DNA from: Macrostomum lignano
Taxonomy: Eukaryota
Direction: 5' to 3'
NCBI GenBank assembly: GCA_002269645.1
Contig: NIVC01004348.1
Span: 1 to 49,267, forward strand
DNA length: 49,267 nucleotides
Shown here: positions 45,277 through 49,267 of the stretch, one piece after another
How positions within the stretch are numbered: position 1 is the stretch's first letter
Layout of the letters: every line of letters begins with the position of its first letter
Position numbers and translations under genes: made by a program
Notes under the pieces: generated by a model
Database searches by the model: none
Told to the model about the DNA's origin: nothing
Seen by the model: the letters and a program-made list of their open reading frames with translations, nothing else

Positions 45277-46392
45277 TCAGTCTTGCGGGTCCTGGCAGTG
45301 CTCGCAGTCTGCCATGGCCTCAACGTATTCCTCGATCTGCACAGTGACCTCGTGAAGTTGAAACCGCTGCTTAACCAGCCTTGTGGCCGCCAGCAGCAAC
45401 TCCTGCTGATTAGCGTCCTTAACAACGGCCAGGTGCGCGCTGACGGCCGTTTTGTTCATTGTGAGACTCCACAGGCGCAGGTTGTGCACTTCGATAACGC
45501 CTGGCACAGAGGCGAGCGTCTCCTTGACAATGTTGAAGTCCAAGCCCTTGGGTGTAGCCTCCATCAGCACGCGCATAGTGTCGCGCAAAATGCTGAAAGT
45601 GGTGAACAGGACCAGGATGGAGAACAGGAAGGTGCAGATGGGGTCGGCCAGTTTCAAGTCAGGTCGGTAGTAAATAACAAAGGCCGCACAGAGGACGCCC
45701 AGACTCTGCAAGAAGTCGCCAACTACATGAATAAAAGCTGCCCGAACGTTGATGTTTTGATCTGAATGGCCGTGATCATCGTTGCCGTGATTGTTGGCGT
45801 GACTGTGACCGTGGTCAGTGCCGAGACTGTGACCGTGCTGATGCAGCGTCACCGCCATGATGATGTTAACCGCCACACCAACACCGGACGTGATGAGCAT
45901 AGCCTGGCCTTGAACTTCGAAGTTCTGATTGACAACGCGTTCAATTGCCAGGTAAACCAGTATACCGGTGACCACCCAGATCATGAGCACAGAAACCAGG
46001 GCCCCGACAACTTCGGCCCGGTGCCAACCGAAGCTCATTCTCTTCGTGGCCGGCCTGGAGGCCAGGTAGAGCGCCAGCAGGCTAATCATGAAGCTGGCAA
46101 AGTCCGTCAGCAGGTGAGCAGCGTCCGTCATGATGGCCAAACTGTTGGCGATGGCGCCGCCAACGATCTCGCCGGCCATGAAGAGCAGGCAGAGCAGCGA
46201 GGCGACCCAGAGCTTGCGCCGGGCCGTGCGCTGGCCGAGCGCCAGCAGCTGTTCCCTGACCTGCTCGCTGGCGTGGCAGTGCAGCCCGGCCTCGCTGTCC
46301 GAGCTGGTGCCCCGCTGCATGGCGTGGTAGGACGGACCGGCGTGAGACACCAGACTGCTCTTCTCGCTGACATTGGCACCGTGGCTTGGCAT
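45277..46392 (-). CDS. SLC30A2: Zinc transporter, CDF/SLC30 family, ZnT2/3/8-like, single exon
   Basis: SLAIMTDAAHLLTDF, RMSFGWHRAEVVGAL, His-rich loop, NINVRAAFIHVVGD, ADPICTFLFS, HNLRLWSL, N-terminal HCH and C-terminal CEHC. Start placed at MPSHG (46392), downstream of a TTTGCAG acceptor at 46428-46427; the ORF-track ATG at 46443 lies in AT-rich sequence upstream of that acceptor. Exact vertebrate orthologue (ZnT2 vs 3/8) cannot be resolved. Confidence 0.9.
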   Translation of the reverse strand: MPSHGANVSEKSSLVSHAGPSYHAMQRGTSSDSEAGLHCHASEQVREQLLALGQRTARRKLWVASLLCLLFMAGEIVGGAIANSLAIMTDAAHLLTDFASFMISLLALYLASRPATKRMSFGWHRAEVVGALVSVLMIWVVTGILVYLAIERVVNQNFEVQGQAMLITSGVGVAVNIIMAVTLHQHGHSLGTDHGHSHANNHGNDDHGHSDQNINVRAAFIHVVGDFLQSLGVLCAAFVIYYRPDLKLADPICTFLFSILVLFTTFSILRDTMRVLMEATPKGLDFNIVKETLASVPGVIEVHNLRLWSLTMNKTAVSAHLAVVKDANQQELLLAATRLVKQRFQLHEVTVQIEEYVEAMADCEHCQDPQD

Positions 46393-48139
46393 TGTGGACA
46401 CAATAATCAATGTGTGCGCGTGACAACTGCAAAGTTTAATCATTAGTAGGGACTTAAAATGTGAAGTTTTGAAGAGGCTATATGCCTATGTTTAATCGGC
46501 TTGACCTTCTCACGAACCTTTTTAAACAGCCAATCCGAACAAACGCTATGGGGTCTCACTTCATACTCGAGTGTACTTGCATTCAAATTGCTAACAAAGC
46601 AATTAACAGATCTGAGAAGCACCTGTGAGGGTCAGGAAAATTACTACTGTTATCAAAGCTCTTGCTGATAATCTTTGGCAGAATTATAAATTGCAACACA
46701 CCCATGCCACGTGACATGAGTTTCTTGTTGGGAAACACTTTTGAACTATAGTAGAAAGCAAAATAAACATAGAAGTACAATTAAACTGTATGCAAGACTA
46801 ATGGTAAAGGAGCTTAAGAAAAAAAGATTTTGTGAATTTCTGAATAGGCCTAAAAACAATTAGATTTTTTCTTTTTTTCTGAACATGCTCTCATTTTCAA
46901 CAAATTTGATATTTTTAGACTTGTATTTTATTTTTTTATTTTGAATAAGTAATTAAGTAGTTCAACTATTAGAAGTTATGAATATAAATATATATATGTA
47001 ACTTATTTGGCCATAAAAAACTAAGTCATTATTGCTACTTAAATAAAATAAAAAATATAAGCAGGAAAAGAGAACAGAAAGAATATTAAAACTCCTAAAT
47101 TCTAGAAAAAAACTCTACAATAAACTCATTTAAATCCTAGACATATTGTGAAAAGTTTCAAATTATTTTTCACTTGAATATAAAAGAAAGTAGCATATAA
47201 TAGTCCTATTTCTACTCAAAAATAGAAATCAATAATAGGCTTATCTGGCTATTAAAAGTATTTTTGAACTATATAAAATAATAATAATGATAAATAAGAT
47301 TAGACAATATCTTAAACAATGATCTATATCCATTAAAAATATTAGGGCCTAGGGCTAGGGAGTATAATAACTGGGTCTAATTAAAAATGTTCAAAATATC
47401 CAAAAATGCACCCATAATAACAAAGCAATGACCAAAAAAGGATGATTTTTCAAAATTTAATATGGAAATATGGCTACACTAAGCCTTTACTCTGAGCCCA
47501 ATAAATTTAGACAGCATAGACAGTTAGACCTAATAATGCAAAAATCATTTTTTGAGACTGAAGCAACATGGGTTTACTAGTAAGACAATATTAGTAATAA
47601 ATTAAGATGCTAATATAGCTGAGTTAAGTAAAGGTTACTACCTAAATACCATTGAATAATACAATCTACTTGCTACTTGCACCTATACATTATAATGTTT
47701 GAATATGAATATACTTTCGTATGTTTGATTGTTTTATGCATACAGAGGTAAACTATCAAATAAAGGAAAGAGTTGCAAATAATTACTTAATAAATAAATA
47801 ATTCTAAATCAATCAGGCTGTTGGTCTGTAGCAAATGCAACAATAACAACTGCAAGTGCTGTTTTTGTTTGCTGCACGCAATTCGTTCGCTTTAGTCTCC
47901 GAAACATTTCGAAGAAAATCATTGTTTTAAATTTAGAGTGAACATAACATTTTAACAAGTTTCGACGGCATTTACAAGCAATATTACCAGCGGTTCCTAT
48001 ACGTCCCTCCTTGCCTCGTCTCTCCGATTTAAATAATCGCGTTATATTCCATCTATCTTGATTTCCCCAGGCGATACTACATCACTTGTTTATGTACAGT
48101 AGCTTTGTTGAGCAGCTGGTCGTATTTTGACCATTAGTG

Positions 48140-49267
48140 AAGGGAGGCAAAGACAAACCGAGTGTGAAGACGGCAAGGCAATGAAAAGCTAGGGGTGCAC
48201 TCCAAGTCGGTCAATGGTATTGTTGAAACAAATTGATTAGAGAGGATTTAAAATTGACGAGAAAAAATTCCAAACGCGAGCAAACCCTTATAGTAGCCGC
48301 ATAGGTGGCGGCCTTCAATAGGCACACGGCATGCACAACGCACCCAAAAACCCAAGCTGACAGCCAACACCCAAACAGCCCCAAGAACCACGTATGTAGC
48401 TATATACAATGGACCTTGACAGCCCCCTTGCTTGCATTAAAGGCGGTTAGCCCTCGCCGGCTCGCGCAAACCGATATATTAGTTAATTAAGGGAGGCAAA
48501 GACAAACCGATTGTGGCGACGGTGAGGCAATTAAAAGCTAGGGATGCACCCCAGGCCAAACTGACAAATAAATGAACGAATGAGAAAATTAACGAAAAAA
48601 GGGAAATTAAGGCAGGGGATAAGAGTAGAAATATAAAAACCTTGAAATCACGAGTAAAAGTCACTCAAAGGCAATTCTCTCTAAAAAGCGCCAGCAATAT
48701 GCGAACCAGCTTCAGCAGAGAATCTGCATAGGCAGTGGAAGGTAGGCAGTCACAGCATCACTTCGCCAGTCACCGATGCATTTCACCTCTTAAACAGAGT
48801 ACCACCTCTGCGCAAGCTGTGCGCTGAGAAAGAACGGTCGAACGTCCTACCCAACAGTTGCTAGGCAACGCTTGAGGAACCTGTCGAATCTTGAGGCAGA
48901 CAGGACAATAGAGGATCCGCTCGCCAACTGATTGGAGAACACAGGTTGCCTGCCACCAAGCTTGCTAATGCGGAGGTGACTCTCTAGCGCGGCCACCAGG
49001 CAAAGCGGATGCCCTTCTTTTAGCATTGGAAGCAACACTCGGTGCAGCCTCGCTCCGAACTGGTTCGTTTTGCCATAACTGACGGAGAGCACAACCCTCT
49101 TCGGGTGGTATTTAAAGGCTGAGACGGAGATCGCTGAACCGGATTGCTGGCAGGGCAGGAGACTGTGGAACGCCAAAAAATCCCCCACCAAGAAATCGGC
49201 GTCACAAGCCAGCAGACTGTATCAAGCGAACTGCTCGAATTAAGTCGGTTCCTCACAGACCGGCAGC
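48140..49267 (-). mobile_element. Degenerate tyrosine-recombinase retroelement (DIRS/Ngaro-like), 3' end; continues beyond window
   Basis: Minus strand encodes YGKTNQFG..HRVLLP..HPLCLVAAL..FDRFLKRCL, then after a stop and frameshifts FSAHSLRRGG (HSLR at 48821-48810) and IGDWRSDAVTAY (48774-48742), the K, H-x-x-R, G/W and Y catalytic positions; followed by two ~69-bp direct repeats (48140-48208, 48489-48557). Confidence 0.8.

Noticed and set aside
45283-46446. Long antisense/alternative-frame ORFs over the ZnT, and similar ones over DRC3, MRPL18 and the last RhoGEF exon
   Set aside because: Expected shadow ORFs of GC-rich coding sequence; no recognisable motifs.
1-49267. Spliced-leader RNA, snRNA or rRNA gene
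   Set aside because: No sequence resembling a flatworm SL exon plus Sm site, or rRNA, was recognised by eye.

Overview
Eukaryotic (animal) genomic DNA with GT-AG spliced genes, GC-rich coding islands and AT-rich, repeat-laden spacers. Gene style (polyQ/polyA low-complexity tracts, intronless conserved genes, short introns, AG acceptors just upstream of start codons) resembles a free-living flatworm such as Macrostomum; the organism is an inference, not shown by the sequence. Genes: a 5'-partial eIF2B-delta-like CDS with an apparent frameshift; a 16-kb, 17-18-exon PLEKHG7-like RhoGEF (+); intronless DRC3/LRRC48 (+) with an upstream X-box-like motif; MRPL18 (-, two coding exons, no convincing ATG of its own, long C-terminal extension); a 191-aa orphan ORF (-); a ~12-exon DEG/ENaC channel (-); an intronless ZnT2-like zinc transporter (-). 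Mobile DNA: two MIR/CORE-like tRNA SINEs, a second tRNA-SINE family, two hAT-type MITEs, a P-like MITE with 70-bp TIRs, a possible Helentron-type element, and a decayed tyrosine-recombinase (DIRS/Ngaro-like) element at the right edge. Most interesting: (1) MRPL18 appears to need a spliced-leader-supplied AUG; (2) a recurrent TA-(G)CTCG-TA motif that is visibly a 7-bp insertion at a TA, i.e. a candidate transposon excision footprint; (3) a 2.2-kb minisatellite built from the Pol III A-box end of a SINE; (4) sharply bounded CpG deserts with transition-riddled inverted repeats. No CRISPR array, rRNA or intact tRNA was found. All coordinates were read by eye and splice models are unvalidated.
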